Source of the DNA: an uncultured Megasphaera sp.
GTDB taxonomy: Bacteria; Bacillota; Negativicutes; Veillonellales; Megasphaeraceae
DNA: 64,000 bases
Reading direction: 5' to 3'
Assembly (NCBI RefSeq): GCF_900539295.1
Contig: NZ_UQBH01000005.1
Span: 2,275-66,274, forward strand
The position numbers and the translations under genes were made by a program. How positions within the stretch are numbered: position 1 is the stretch's first letter; the number at the start of each line of letters is the position of its first letter. Positions 40,194 through 50,100 of this stretch are shown here, piece by piece. The notes below the pieces were generated by a model. The model had not been told where the DNA came from, ran no database searches, and was given only the letters and a program-made list of their open reading frames with translations.

Positions 40194-41072
40194 ATGGATA
40201 TTCGCGTCTTACGTTATTTTCTGGCCACGGCCAGAGAACAAAACATTACCCGCGCCGCTGAAACCCTGCACATTGCCCAACCCTCCCTTTCAAAACAATT
40301 GATGGAACTTGAATCTGAACTGGGAAAACAGCTATTGATACGGGGCAAGCGGCGCATCACCCTTACACCCGATGGAGTACTGCTGCGAAAACGGGCGGAA
40401 GAAATCGTCGCCCTCCTTGAAAAGACAGAGCAGGAAATCGCCTCAACGGACCAAGATATTACCGGTACTATCGCCATCGGCGGTACACCGCGCCAGGGAG
40501 TGCTTGAAGCGGCATCAGCCCTTCATCAGCAGTACCCCCACATCCGATTCAGCTTTCACGTCGGCGATGCCCCGGATATTACGGAACGGCTGGATCACGG
40601 CAGCCTGGACTTTATCGTCCTCCTCGACCGTCCGGACAAGGCTGTCTATGGTTCCCATCCCCTGCCCGATGCTTCCGTTTGGGGCCTGCTGATGAAAAGA
40701 GATGACCCGTTAACCCAAAAAACGGCGGTCATCCCAGAAGACCTCTGCCATCGCCCCTTGGTCATCGCCCAACGAGAAGGAATTCGCCAGATGCTCTTTG
40801 CTTGGGCAAAACCAGTTTCAGACCAACTGGACATCATTGCTACCTACAACGTCATGAATGGCACCCCTGTCCCTTTCGCCCTATACACACCGGGCCTGGT
40901 TCTGATTATCCGCGATCTCCTGTCGCCTACCATCGATCCGGCCGTCGCCTTCCGCCCCCTCGATCCGCCCATAAAAACACAACATTACCTGGTTTGGAAA
41001 CGCTACGCCGCCTTTTCAGCCGCCAGCCAGAAATTCTTAGAAACGATACACCGCCTCTATCCTCAAAAATAA
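40194..41072 (+). CDS. LysR family transcriptional regulator, divergent from the MATE gene
   Basis: LysR HTH (MDIRVLRYFLATAREQNITRAAETLHIAQPSLSKQL) followed by a substrate-binding domain. Confidence 0.85.
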   Translation: MDIRVLRYFLATAREQNITRAAETLHIAQPSLSKQLMELESELGKQLLIRGKRRITLTPDGVLLRKRAEEIVALLEKTEQEIASTDQDITGTIAIGGTPRQGVLEAASALHQQYPHIRFSFHVGDAPDITERLDHGSLDFIVLLDRPDKAVYGSHPLPDASVWGLLMKRDDPLTQKTAVIPEDLCHRPLVIAQREGIRQMLFAWAKPVSDQLDIIATYNVMNGTPVPFALYTPGLVLIIRDLLSPTIDPAVAFRPLDPPIKTQHYLVWKRYAAFSAASQKFLETIHRLYPQK

Positions 41073-41147
41073 TACATCTCCCTAGTTTATGAATTTCTCT
41101 GTTTAAAGTAATTTCTTCCTAAAAGGATTGGTTCCATAAAGATATGA

Positions 41148-41205
41148 GACAAAAAAGAAGTTATCCCTAAGTCACGGTATACATTGAGATAACTTCTTTT
41201 TATAT
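41148..41205. terminator. Bidirectional terminator after the LysR gene
   Basis: AGAAGTTATC with a 22-nt loop then GATAACTTCT, flanked by AAAAAA and TTTTTAT. Confidence 0.6.
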
Positions 41206-41322
41206 ACATCACTATTATGTTTTTAATAGATGTCTGCTTGTGAGGTGCCCTCGATAGTCGAAAAATTCGCCGACTCTAAAGAGAAAAGAGCTGCTCAGTT
41301 TTTCCTTTAACCGATAGCCATC

Positions 41323-42027
41323 CTATGAAGCTTCTTTAGCCAAAACTACGGAATCCCCGTCGTGATCCGCCAAGGACAGCAGTGCCAACCGTTCGATAAA
41401 GAACAGGCGGCGGTTGAAGAAATTAACGAGTCGACCGACGGCCATGGCCGATACGATAGTCCCAACTCCGATAGCAGCAAAGGTCTGAGCACCGCCATAG
41501 AAAAGGGATAGTCCCAAGGCGATGGCGACCAATGTCGAATCGAAGGCCACTTTGGCCGTACCCATGCGGATATTCGCAGTTTGAGCAATGGCTTTTACAA
41601 TGCCGTCACCGGGGACCATGAGGACCTGCGAGGCCACTTCCAGGCAGATGCCGAAGGCCAGGACAGCACAACCGATGAGCAGGATTACTCCTGCCAGAGG
41701 CCAGGAATGTCCCTGCAGCCCCGATAAGAAAGGCATGTACAGATCGAGGGCAACGCTGAAAATAACACTAATACCTAACTGAAGTGCTTCTATAGGATGG
41801 AATTGCCGCCGCAGCAAAGCAACTTGAGCAGCAATAAACACGATATTCGCAAAAAAAGTAATCTGACCAAAGGTCCAATTCGAATACAGGCTGATAACGA
41901 TAGGGACGCTTGATATGGGCGATGACCCTAATCCGGCAACGATAATGAGGTCGATGCCCAAGGCGTTTATCAAAATGCTTAAGATAAATACGGGAATCCG
42001 AATCCCTTTATAGTGCATGCGACGCAA
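41323..42027 (-). CDS. YczE-like polytopic membrane protein (hypothetical)
   Basis: 234 aa with 6 or more transmembrane segments; co-oriented with and adjacent to a MarR gene, as seen for yczE-type genes. Family call is tentative. Confidence 0.4.
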   Translation of the reverse strand: MRRMHYKGIRIPVFILSILINALGIDLIIVAGLGSSPISSVPIVISLYSNWTFGQITFFANIVFIAAQVALLRRQFHPIEALQLGISVIFSVALDLYMPFLSGLQGHSWPLAGVILLIGCAVLAFGICLEVASQVLMVPGDGIVKAIAQTANIRMGTAKVAFDSTLVAIALGLSLFYGGAQTFAAIGVGTIVSAMAVGRLVNFFNRRLFFIERLALLSLADHDGDSVVLAKEAS

Positions 42028-42029
42028 AA

Positions 42030-42458
42030 TTAATCACCCCATTTTTTTTGATTTTCAATGATTTTACGAAAGGTTTCCATGAACTGCTGCTGTTCTGCAG
42101 GGTCGATGCCCTGCCACATAAAGTCGTCGAGACCGTAGATGATTTCGCGGATGTCCTTGGCCTTTTCCCACCCCTTTTCGGTCAGAAAAATAGACACGCC
42201 GCGCTGATCATCGGGACGGATTTCTTTGCGGATGAGTTCCAGTTTTTCCATTCGTTTCAAAAGACTCGTCACTGTCGACTTGTCGATAATGCATTCCTGA
42301 CCGATTTCTTTCTGACCGGCTCCGTCATGGAACCACAGGTACTCTAAAATCTTAGGCTGACCGGGCATGAGGCCTTCTTGCTTGGTATAGCGGCCGATTT
42401 CCCGAGTCGAGCGATTAAATCCGATTAATAACAAAATATGCAAAGCTTCTAAGTCCAT
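42030..42458 (-). CDS. MarR family transcriptional regulator
   Basis: Winged-helix MarR pattern (...KSTVTSLLKRMEKLELIRKE..); 142 aa. Confidence 0.8.
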   Translation of the reverse strand: MDLEALHILLLIGFNRSTREIGRYTKQEGLMPGQPKILEYLWFHDGAGQKEIGQECIIDKSTVTSLLKRMEKLELIRKEIRPDDQRGVSIFLTEKGWEKAKDIREIIYGLDDFMWQGIDPAEQQQFMETFRKIIENQKKWGD

Positions 42459-42625
42459 GTCGTCGTCTCCTTTATTAGTTTTAATTCAAACTAAATAGTT
42501 GTAATTCAAACTACTTTCTTATTATAGTCCAAGTATCCAAAAAGTCAATAGACTTAAGACATCAATACTCAGAAATGGGCAAAAAAAATAAGCACGACGG
42601 CTGTCATAGGCCATCGTGCATCTTA

Positions 42626-43270
42626 TCAATCATGGGAATTAGGCGGATAGGGATACAAGATGACTTCTCCGTCGAGGTATTCGGCTAAAAAGATATCCCG
42701 CGGTTCATAGCCCTGACGGGTCAATTCCTCCGTAAGCCATTCCGAATCCTTGTCGATCAGCACCAAGACGTCAGTATTGATCTGACCGTCGGCAATGATG
42801 GGAAAGCGGATGTTGTCTTCCCCCATTTGAACGACCGTCAGCTGACCGTTTTGCTCGAGGACAGCCCGCTTGACGTCTTGGATACGCTGGACGCCCATGG
42901 CTCGCAGCTTCATCTTCAGCTCAAAGGCCTGAATGCCCGAACGCAGGCAGGTTTCGGTCTGCAGTTCCCCCTGCTCGATGAGGATGACCGGCCTCCCATC
43001 GACGAGGACGCGAATGATGCGGCTGACGGATTTTAAGTATTTCAAGGTCATGACCAAAATCGTCCAAACGACCATGATCATGAGGAACTGGAAGATACTG
43101 ATCGTATCGTTATAAATGACACCGCCGATAATACCGCCAAGGACGTAGTTTTGTATCTGATCCAGAGCCGACGTCGGCGCCAGATTACGCTTACCCAAGA
43201 GATTAATCTGTAAAATAAGGGCCAACAGCCCCAAGCCTAGTTTAGCAAAAATCATAGAATACGGAAACAT
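42626..43270 (-). CDS. DUF421 (YetF-like) membrane protein
   Basis: N-terminal transmembrane segments, GGIIGGVIYN, and a YetF-like C-terminal domain. Confidence 0.6.
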   Translation of the reverse strand: MFPYSMIFAKLGLGLLALILQINLLGKRNLAPTSALDQIQNYVLGGIIGGVIYNDTISIFQFLMIMVVWTILVMTLKYLKSVSRIIRVLVDGRPVILIEQGELQTETCLRSGIQAFELKMKLRAMGVQRIQDVKRAVLEQNGQLTVVQMGEDNIRFPIIADGQINTDVLVLIDKDSEWLTEELTRQGYEPRDIFLAEYLDGEVILYPYPPNSHD

Positions 43271-43278
43271 GGCCCCTC

Positions 43279-43731
43279 CTAGTGCGGAACGTCGACGAGT
43301 TTGACGTCTTTTTGAATTAAATAGACCCGGTTGATGCGATAGGCCGTATAACTGCTGTTAAAATCGATACGATAGTAATCGTCACGGATTTTAATCAGCA
43401 TCCCGTCCTGCAGGCGCAGTGAATTGACGGCAATATCCGCCTCCGATAAGGTCATATTGTCGCTGAAGGTATCGAGAAACTGCATCATCCGCGACGTATT
43501 TTCCCTCGTTTCCCGCTGGCGGCTGTAACTGTCCCAATTGGAACCGATTAAAAATAAGCCGATCAGAAGCAGGATAATGCTCAAATCACGGTACTTCGAC
43601 TGCAGTCGGTTGCGCATATATTTGGCAGTGATGATGACCAGAGCCACTAAAATAAAGAAGATCAGGCCGTATTGAAACAAGTAACTGACCTGAGCCTGGC
43701 TTTCCAGATAAGCATAGGTATAAAACTGCAA
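43279..43731 (-). CDS. DUF4363-like small membrane protein, the usual partner of DUF421
   Basis: 150 aa with two N-terminal transmembrane helices, encoded directly upstream of the DUF421 gene. Confidence 0.45.
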   Translation of the reverse strand: MQFYTYAYLESQAQVSYLFQYGLIFFILVALVIITAKYMRNRLQSKYRDLSIILLLIGLFLIGSNWDSYSRQRETRENTSRMMQFLDTFSDNMTLSEADIAVNSLRLQDGMLIKIRDDYYRIDFNSSYTAYRINRVYLIQKDVKLVDVPH

Positions 43732-43814
43732 GAAGGCTCCCCCTTTCCCTTTGTTTTTCTATTGTAGCAAATCTTTTGCAAAAAAATCAACTGAAAAGAC
43801 CTCGTCGAATGATT

Positions 43815-43852
43815 AAAAAACAGCCTGCCGTCACAGACAGCAGGCTGTTTCC
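43815..43852. terminator. Bidirectional terminator
   Basis: AACAGCCTGC-cgtcacagac-GCAGGCTGTT, flanked by AAAAA and TT. Confidence 0.6.
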
Positions 43853-43956
43853 ATCATAGCATATAACGGCCGACGATGAGCCCTTTTCCGGAATGCATCT
43901 GCATGAAAAGGCACAGTTCTATCCTTTTAAACAGATAGATCATCGGCAGCGATGAA

Positions 43957-44409
43957 TCAGTTATTGGCAGCCGGCAATTCACTGGTGCAGTGCGGGCAGC
44001 GCGTGGCATCGTCAGCAATAGGCTGGCGGCAGAAGGGGCACAGGCGCGGATCCGCAACCGGTGCCGGTTTGGGCATCAAACGATTGAGCTGCTTGATGAC
44101 GATAAAAATAGCGAAGGCAATAATTAAAAATTCAAGAATCGTATTGAGGAAAGAGCCGTAAGCAATGACGGGGATCCCGGCTGCTTTGGCATCGGCCAAA
44201 GTTTCTACCTTTTCGCCGTTCATGCTCAACGGGATAAAGAAATCAGAAAAATCGATTCCGCCGAGGAGTACACCAATAGGCGGCATGATGATGTTATTGA
44301 CAAGAGACGTAACGATCTTGCCAAAAGCACCGCCGACAACGACGCCGACTGCCATATCAAGGACATTCCCCCGCATGGCGAATTCTTTAAACTCTTTAAT
44401 AAAACCCAT
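43957..44409 (-). CDS. mscL: Large-conductance mechanosensitive channel MscL with a C-terminal zinc-ribbon extension
   Basis: [33 protein letters not shown] is canonical MscL. The extra C-terminus carries CPFCRQ...CPHC. AGGAGTG RBS. Confidence 0.85.
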   Translation of the reverse strand: MGFIKEFKEFAMRGNVLDMAVGVVVGGAFGKIVTSLVNNIIMPPIGVLLGGIDFSDFFIPLSMNGEKVETLADAKAAGIPVIAYGSFLNTILEFLIIAFAIFIVIKQLNRLMPKPAPVADPRLCPFCRQPIADDATRCPHCTSELPAANN

Positions 44410-44549
44410 GCTATCCACTCCTATTCAAAAATGTAATAATGAAATATTAGTACATCTATTTTATCACTACATCACAAAAAGTGCAAAAGGTTATGGAGAA
44501 ATTTAGTACAATTTCTTTTAGATTCCCCAGTCGAGCCGGCAAAAGGCCG

Positions 44550-45935
44550 TTAACGGATGCCGGCCAGCTTCGCCGGGTCCATGGCCTTATCGAAATCTTC
44601 AGCCGTAACCCAACCGCTTTGAATGGCCGATTCTTTCAGTGTCAGCCCTTCTTTGGCAGCCGTCTTAGCAATGGTACAGGCCTTATCGTAACCGACTAAG
44701 GGGACCAATCCCGTGACCAAGATCAAGGAATTATAGAGGTTGGTCTCAATCCGTTCTTCATTGGGTTCGATGCCGACGATACAGTGCTTACGCAGGGATT
44801 CCATGCTGTCCGACAACAAGCGGATCGACTGGATAAGGTTGTAGGCAATGACTGGCATGAAGACGTTCAGTTCAAAGTTGCCCTGGCTGGCGGCGATGCC
44901 CATAGTCGCATCGTTGCCCATGACCTGGACGGCGACCATGGTGACGGCTTCGCACTGCGTCGGATTGACCTTGCTGGGCATGATGGAACTGCCCGGTTCG
45001 TTTTCGGGAATGCGGATTTCGCCAATGCCGCAGCGCGGTCCCGACGACAGCCAGCGGATGTCGTTGGCGATTTTCATGAGATCACAGGCAAGCCCTTTGA
45101 GCATGCCGTGAACGACGACCAATTCATCCTTACTGGTCAGGGACTGGAATTTATTCGGCGCCGTATGGAAGGTCGTCCCCGTCAATTCGCTGACGATTTC
45201 GGCAAAGCGGCGGTCATAGCCCTTCGGACAGTTAATGCCTGTACCGACAGCCGTGCCGCCCATGGCCAAATCACGGAGGAAATCGACACCACAGCGGAGC
45301 ATTTCTTTATTGCGTTCAATCATCCGAGCCCAGCCGCTGAATTCCTGGCCCAACGTCAAAGGCGTCGCGTCCTGAAGGTGGGTACGGCCGATTTTTACGA
45401 TGTCCTTAAAGGCTTCCTGCTTATCATGCAAGGCTTTATAGAGGGCATCCATGGCGGGAAACAGCTGCTGTTCGATGAGCAGAACCCCGACCATGTGAAG
45501 ACCTGTCGGGAAGGTGTCGTTCGAGCTTTGGGAATGGTTGACGTCGTCGTTAGGATGGATGCGAACTTCCTTCCCCCCTTCTTTGAGAATGTCTGCAGCC
45601 CGGTGAGCGACGACTTCGTTGACGTTCATATTGAACTGGGTTCCGCTGCCGGTCATCCACACGGCCAAGGGGAAATTGCCGTCGAGTTTACCGGCCAGGA
45701 TGTCGTCACAGGCTTTGGCAATGGCATCGGCCTTATCGGCATCGACAACGCCCAATTCTTTATTGGTCAGGGCTGCCGCCTTTTTCAAATAAGCAAAGAC
45801 GGTGACCATTTCGGCGGGAATCTTTTCCGTACCGATTTTAAAGTTTTCAAAGCTCCGCTGGGTCTGAGCCCCCCATAATTTATCTGCCGGGACCTTGATT
45901 TCTCCCATCGAGTCTCTTTCAATACGATATTCCAT
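44550..45935 (-). CDS. fumC: Class II fumarate hydratase
   Basis: The GSSIMPSKVNP signature occurs as GSSIMPSKVNPTQCE; 461 aa. Confidence 0.9.
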   Translation of the reverse strand: MEYRIERDSMGEIKVPADKLWGAQTQRSFENFKIGTEKIPAEMVTVFAYLKKAAALTNKELGVVDADKADAIAKACDDILAGKLDGNFPLAVWMTGSGTQFNMNVNEVVAHRAADILKEGGKEVRIHPNDDVNHSQSSNDTFPTGLHMVGVLLIEQQLFPAMDALYKALHDKQEAFKDIVKIGRTHLQDATPLTLGQEFSGWARMIERNKEMLRCGVDFLRDLAMGGTAVGTGINCPKGYDRRFAEIVSELTGTTFHTAPNKFQSLTSKDELVVVHGMLKGLACDLMKIANDIRWLSSGPRCGIGEIRIPENEPGSSIMPSKVNPTQCEAVTMVAVQVMGNDATMGIAASQGNFELNVFMPVIAYNLIQSIRLLSDSMESLRKHCIVGIEPNEERIETNLYNSLILVTGLVPLVGYDKACTIAKTAAKEGLTLKESAIQSGWVTAEDFDKAMDPAKLAGIR

Positions 45936-45946
45936 AATATCCTCCT

Positions 45947-47500
45947 TTAAATTCCCATGGCCGACGGATAAAAAATACGAGCATCCATCATTTTGATATC
46001 GGCCGCCATGAGCGGTCTGAATTCCATTTGGGCCAGCACGTCCTTTTCAAGGTCGATGCCCGGTGCCACTTCGGTCAGCATCAGGCCCGAAGGTGTCAGG
46101 CGGAACACGGCCCGCTCGGTAACGACCAGGACCTCTTGATTCCGAGTTGCCGCATAGGTTCCGGAAAAAGTAATCTGTTCGACGGTCTGCTTAAATTTTT
46201 TATAAGCCCCTTCGTGGTCGATGATTAATTTTCCGTCTTCACAGTGCTCCCGCAAGTGTCCTGCCGTAAAAGTCCCCATGAGAATCAATTTTTTGGTATG
46301 CTGTGCCAGATCGATGAAACCGCCGGGACCGGTAATGCGTCCATTGAACTTAGATACATTGACGTTCCCTTTGGCATCGACTTCTGCCAGCCCCAGGGCA
46401 CAAATATCAAGGACGCCGCCATGGCAGATATCCAGCATATCCACCTGCTTTAATTCCGCCTCGGCATTGATAGCCGCCCCCATATCGAGGCCCGACAAGG
46501 GAATGCCGCCGATGATGCCCGAATCAGAGGCCAGGGTCAGGCTGGGACCGAAACCTTCTTCGGCGGCTACGGCGCCGATAATTTCCGGAATGCCGATGCC
46601 AAGATTCATGACGTCGCCCTGCTTCAATTCAAGGGCAGCTCGGCGGGCACAGATTTTCCGGTTATCCAAGGGATGCGGCGGCAGTGACCGAAGGGGAATC
46701 TTTTTTTCACCGCTCAGTTCAGGCCGATAACCCCTTGCCGCGAAGCTTTGGACGTGGTATTTAGGGCGAGGAACGACGATATAGTCGACGAGAAAATGAG
46801 GAACCTTCACCAATCGCGAATCGAGGCGGCCTCGGGGTACGACATCTTCTACCTGGACGACGACGATGCCCTTTGATTGGTGAGTTGCCGCGGCGACTTC
46901 AAACTGCTCGCCGATCATCGCTTCCCGTTCAAGGGAAATATTGCCGTCTTCATCGGCCAAAGACCCTCTGATAAAACAGATGTCGATGGGAAATGTCGGA
47001 TAGTAGAGATAGTCGTCGCCATCGACGGATATGCGGCGGACGATGTCCCTGCCCTCAGCTGCCGTCTTAGCGTTAGCCTTACTGCCGTCGAGGAGCGGGT
47101 CGGCCAGGGTATGGAGACCGATGTCGGTCCAGACCCCTTTTCTCCCGGAAGCCAGCGCTCGATACAAGGCCAAAAGGTTTCCTGCCGGCACCGTATAAAC
47201 CAGGCAGTCATTAGCAGCCGCCTTGGCGGCCAATTTCTTTTCCATGCCAAAATGACTGGTGATGATCGTCCCCACGAGGCCGTCGGCAGCTAATCGGTCG
47301 CCGCCGCGGCCCCAACCGTCACTCGTTCCGGCAATTTTCACAAAAGTCAGATTACGCGGATGTCCTTCTTCAGCATATCGATCGTGGAGAGCCTTGAACA
47401 AGCCGTCAGGCGTACCGAATCCGGCCTGGCCGCCCGCAGCCAGGGTCATCTCATCGCCGACCAGGCGGGCCGCCTCATAAGGTGTGATAAATTGTACCAT
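45947..47500 (-). CDS. pct: Acyl-CoA:carboxylate CoA-transferase of the propionate CoA-transferase (Pct/YdiF) family
   Basis: 517 aa with fused alpha and beta CoA-transferase halves; the YPTFPI...FIRGS..DEDGNIS block resembles Pct family proteins. Confidence 0.65.
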   Translation of the reverse strand: MVQFITPYEAARLVGDEMTLAAGGQAGFGTPDGLFKALHDRYAEEGHPRNLTFVKIAGTSDGWGRGGDRLAADGLVGTIITSHFGMEKKLAAKAAANDCLVYTVPAGNLLALYRALASGRKGVWTDIGLHTLADPLLDGSKANAKTAAEGRDIVRRISVDGDDYLYYPTFPIDICFIRGSLADEDGNISLEREAMIGEQFEVAAATHQSKGIVVVQVEDVVPRGRLDSRLVKVPHFLVDYIVVPRPKYHVQSFAARGYRPELSGEKKIPLRSLPPHPLDNRKICARRAALELKQGDVMNLGIGIPEIIGAVAAEEGFGPSLTLASDSGIIGGIPLSGLDMGAAINAEAELKQVDMLDICHGGVLDICALGLAEVDAKGNVNVSKFNGRITGPGGFIDLAQHTKKLILMGTFTAGHLREHCEDGKLIIDHEGAYKKFKQTVEQITFSGTYAATRNQEVLVVTERAVFRLTPSGLMLTEVAPGIDLEKDVLAQMEFRPLMAADIKMMDARIFYPSAMGI

Positions 47501-47548
47501 CTGTACCCTCCTCCCGTCTTCGAAATGCAGGTCTTGCGCCTGCTAGAA

Positions 47549-47580
47549 AGAAAGCCCCTTTAACATAAAGGGGCTTTATA
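47549..47580. terminator. Bidirectional terminator after purD
   Basis: Perfect AAAGCCCCTTT-aacat-AAAGGGGCTTT. Confidence 0.75.
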
Positions 47581-47592
47581 AACCGTAAGCAC

Positions 47593-48867
47593 TTACGGCA
47601 AGTGTTTCAATCCTTTGGCACCGATGTCACGGCGGACTTGCTGGCCGTCAAAGTGGATGCGGTCCACGTTGGCATAAGCCTTATCAATGGCTCCTTTTAG
47701 GTCCGGAGCCACAGCCGTTACACCGAGGACACGGCCGCCATGGGTCACATAAGCCCCATCCTTTTGGGCTGTTCCCGAATGGAAGACCATGGCATCGTCT
47801 CCATCGATGCTGTCGAGGCCGCTGATGACGTCGCCCTTATGGGACGAAGCAGGATAGCCGGCAGAAGCCATGATGACGCAGCAGGCCGAAGCATTTTTCC
47901 AATGCACCATATCCGGCGATAAGGTTCCCTTCGTGCAGGCATACATAATCTGCGCCAGATCTCCGTCGAGGAGGGGCAGGACAGCCTGGGTTTCCGGGTC
48001 GCCGAAGCGGCAGTTGAATTCGACGACTTTTGGGCCTTTTTCGGTAATCATGAGGCCTGCATAGAGGCAGCCCTGATAGGTAATGCCTTCGGCCTTGAGA
48101 CCGTCTATGACGGGCCGTAAAATCGTATCTTCGACGACTTTTTGGATGGCCGGCGTAAAGACCGGAGCCGGGGCATAAGCACCCATGCCGCCCGTATTAG
48201 GGCCTTCATCGTTATCAAAGATTCGCTTATGATCCTGAGCCGAAATCATGGGCACGATCGTCTTGCCGTCGACAAAGGCCAGAAGGCTTGCTTCTTCACC
48301 GACCATGCATTCTTCAATGACGATGCGGCCGCCGGAAGCTCCGAAAATATGGTCTTCCATCATGGCATTGACGGCGTCAATGGCTTCTTCTTCCGTCTGG
48401 GCGACGACGACGCCTTTGCCGGCAGCCAGGCCGTCGGCTTTAACAACGATAGGTGCGCCTTGTTCATGAATGTAAGCTTTGGCTGCATCGCCGTCCGTAA
48501 AGGATTCATAGGCTGCTGTCGGAATCTGATATTTCTTCATGAGATTCTTGGCAAAGACCTTGGAGCCTTCCATCTGAGCAGCCGCTTTATTGGGGCCGAA
48601 TACAGCCAATCCTTTAGCCTGAGCTACATCGGCCAGACCTTCCGTAAGGGGTACTTCCGGACCGACGACCAGCATGTCAATGCCTTCCGAAACGGCGTAA
48701 TCGGCAATGCCTTCGAGGTCGGATAAGGAAATATCGACACACTTGGCGAGGTCAGCCATGGCTGCACTGCCGGGAATGGCGTACAGGGCATCGACACTCG
48801 GGCTCTGAGCCAATTTCCAGGCCAGGGTATGTTCGCGGCCGCCGCCGCCGATGACTGCTACCTTCAT
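47593..48867 (-). CDS. purD: Phosphoribosylamine--glycine ligase
   Basis: [19 protein letters not shown]... ATP-grasp fold; its ATG overlaps the TAA stop of the upstream gene. Confidence 0.9.
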   Translation of the reverse strand: MKVAVIGGGGREHTLAWKLAQSPSVDALYAIPGSAAMADLAKCVDISLSDLEGIADYAVSEGIDMLVVGPEVPLTEGLADVAQAKGLAVFGPNKAAAQMEGSKVFAKNLMKKYQIPTAAYESFTDGDAAKAYIHEQGAPIVVKADGLAAGKGVVVAQTEEEAIDAVNAMMEDHIFGASGGRIVIEECMVGEEASLLAFVDGKTIVPMISAQDHKRIFDNDEGPNTGGMGAYAPAPVFTPAIQKVVEDTILRPVIDGLKAEGITYQGCLYAGLMITEKGPKVVEFNCRFGDPETQAVLPLLDGDLAQIMYACTKGTLSPDMVHWKNASACCVIMASAGYPASSHKGDVISGLDSIDGDDAMVFHSGTAQKDGAYVTHGGRVLGVTAVAPDLKGAIDKAYANVDRIHFDGQQVRRDIGAKGLKHLP

Positions 48868-49472
48868 TATTTTGCAGCTCCCTTCTCAACCTGTTCTGCC
48901 AGATACGCAGCAATAGCCGTATCGTAGACGGCCGTATGATGAAAGGCTTCCTGCGCCAGTTCCAAGCGGTATTCATCGGAGAAGGCACCGTCTTTTTGGA
49001 GGATGGAAATGATTTCGCCATACTTGTCGGGATTGGTTACGATGGCAACATATTTGTTGTTCTTCGCCGAAGCTCGGACCATGCAGGGACCGCCGATGTC
49101 GATATTTTCAATGGCTTCGGCCAAGGTGACATTCGGTTTTGCAATGGTCTGCTGGAAGGGATAGAGGTTGACGACGACCAAGTCGATCGGCGTAATATCG
49201 TGGTCTTTCATGGCCTTTACGTGTTCCGGGTTGTCGCGGACGGCCAGGATGGCACCGTGAATCTTCGGGTTCAGGGTCTTGACGCGGCCGTCCATCATTT
49301 CCGGAAAGCCCGTTACGTCCTGAACGGCGATGACCGGTACGCCCGCTTCTTTTAACGTACGCATAGTACCGCCCGTCGAAATGATTTCAATACCGAGAGC
49401 CGCCAAGGCCTTGCCTAATTCGACGACGCCCGTTTTATCAGATACACTAATGAGTGCGCGTTTTACCTTCAT
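48867..49472 (-). CDS. purH: IMP cyclohydrolase domain only (PurH N-terminal, MGS-like); the AICAR transformylase domain is absent
   Basis: [15 protein letters not shown]...GGTMRTL...[10 protein letters not shown] is the PurH IMPCH domain. The ORF ends after 201 aa at a TAATG junction with purD. Confidence 0.75.
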   Translation of the reverse strand: MKVKRALISVSDKTGVVELGKALAALGIEIISTGGTMRTLKEAGVPVIAVQDVTGFPEMMDGRVKTLNPKIHGAILAVRDNPEHVKAMKDHDITPIDLVVVNLYPFQQTIAKPNVTLAEAIENIDIGGPCMVRASAKNNKYVAIVTNPDKYGEIISILQKDGAFSDEYRLELAQEAFHHTAVYDTAIAAYLAEQVEKGAAK

Positions 49473-49485
49473 GCTAACCTTCCTC

Positions 49486-50100
49486 CTATTCCTGAGTTCC
49501 CATGACGACGTTGCCGCGAACAGTCAATTTGTCGTCACAAAAGAGTGCCGCTGCCTTAATGTACGTCGGATGTTCCTTAGTCAGAATCCGAGCCGCCAGC
49601 GTATCTTCCGTGTCATCTTCATAGACCGGCACGGATGACTGCAGGATAATCGGACCGGCATCCATATCGGGCACGACGAAGTGAACCGTGCAGCCGGCAA
49701 TCTTGACGCCGGCTTCGATGGCCTGACGCTGTGCGTGGAGGCCGCGGAAGGACGGCAAGAGGGCCGGATGGATATTGAGCATCTTGTGTTCATAATGGGA
49801 AATGAAATCGCCGCTCAAGAGGCGCATGAAGCCGGCCAGGCAGATGACGTCGACTTCATAGGGCGCAATGGCGTCGAGAATGAATGCTTCAAAAGCTTCT
49901 TTCGAATCAAAGGCTTTTCGGTCGGCTAAGATGACCGGTACGCCCCATTCCCGTGCCCGGTCCATGACCGGAGCGCCGGGGATATCGCAGACCAGGGCCT
50001 TGATATCGGCCTTGATGGTCCCGGCCTCGACGGCATCGTGGAGGGCAATGGCATTGGACCCACGGCCCGAGGCAAAAATGACCATCTTCTTCTTAGTCAT
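49486..50100 (-). CDS. purN: Phosphoribosylglycinamide formyltransferase
   Basis: [10 protein letters not shown]...GCTVHFV GART motifs. Confidence 0.9.
   Translation of the reverse strand: MTKKKMVIFASGRGSNAIALHDAVEAGTIKADIKALVCDIPGAPVMDRAREWGVPVILADRKAFDSKEAFEAFILDAIAPYEVDVICLAGFMRLLSGDFISHYEHKMLNIHPALLPSFRGLHAQRQAIEAGVKIAGCTVHFVVPDMDAGPIILQSSVPVYEDDTEDTLAARILTKEHPTYIKAAALFCDDKLTVRGNVVMGTQE

Noticed and set aside
44784-45878. 364-aa plus-strand ORF inside fumC
   Set aside because: Antisense to class II fumarase, which carries an unmistakable signature; the composition is typical of a high-GC antisense frame.
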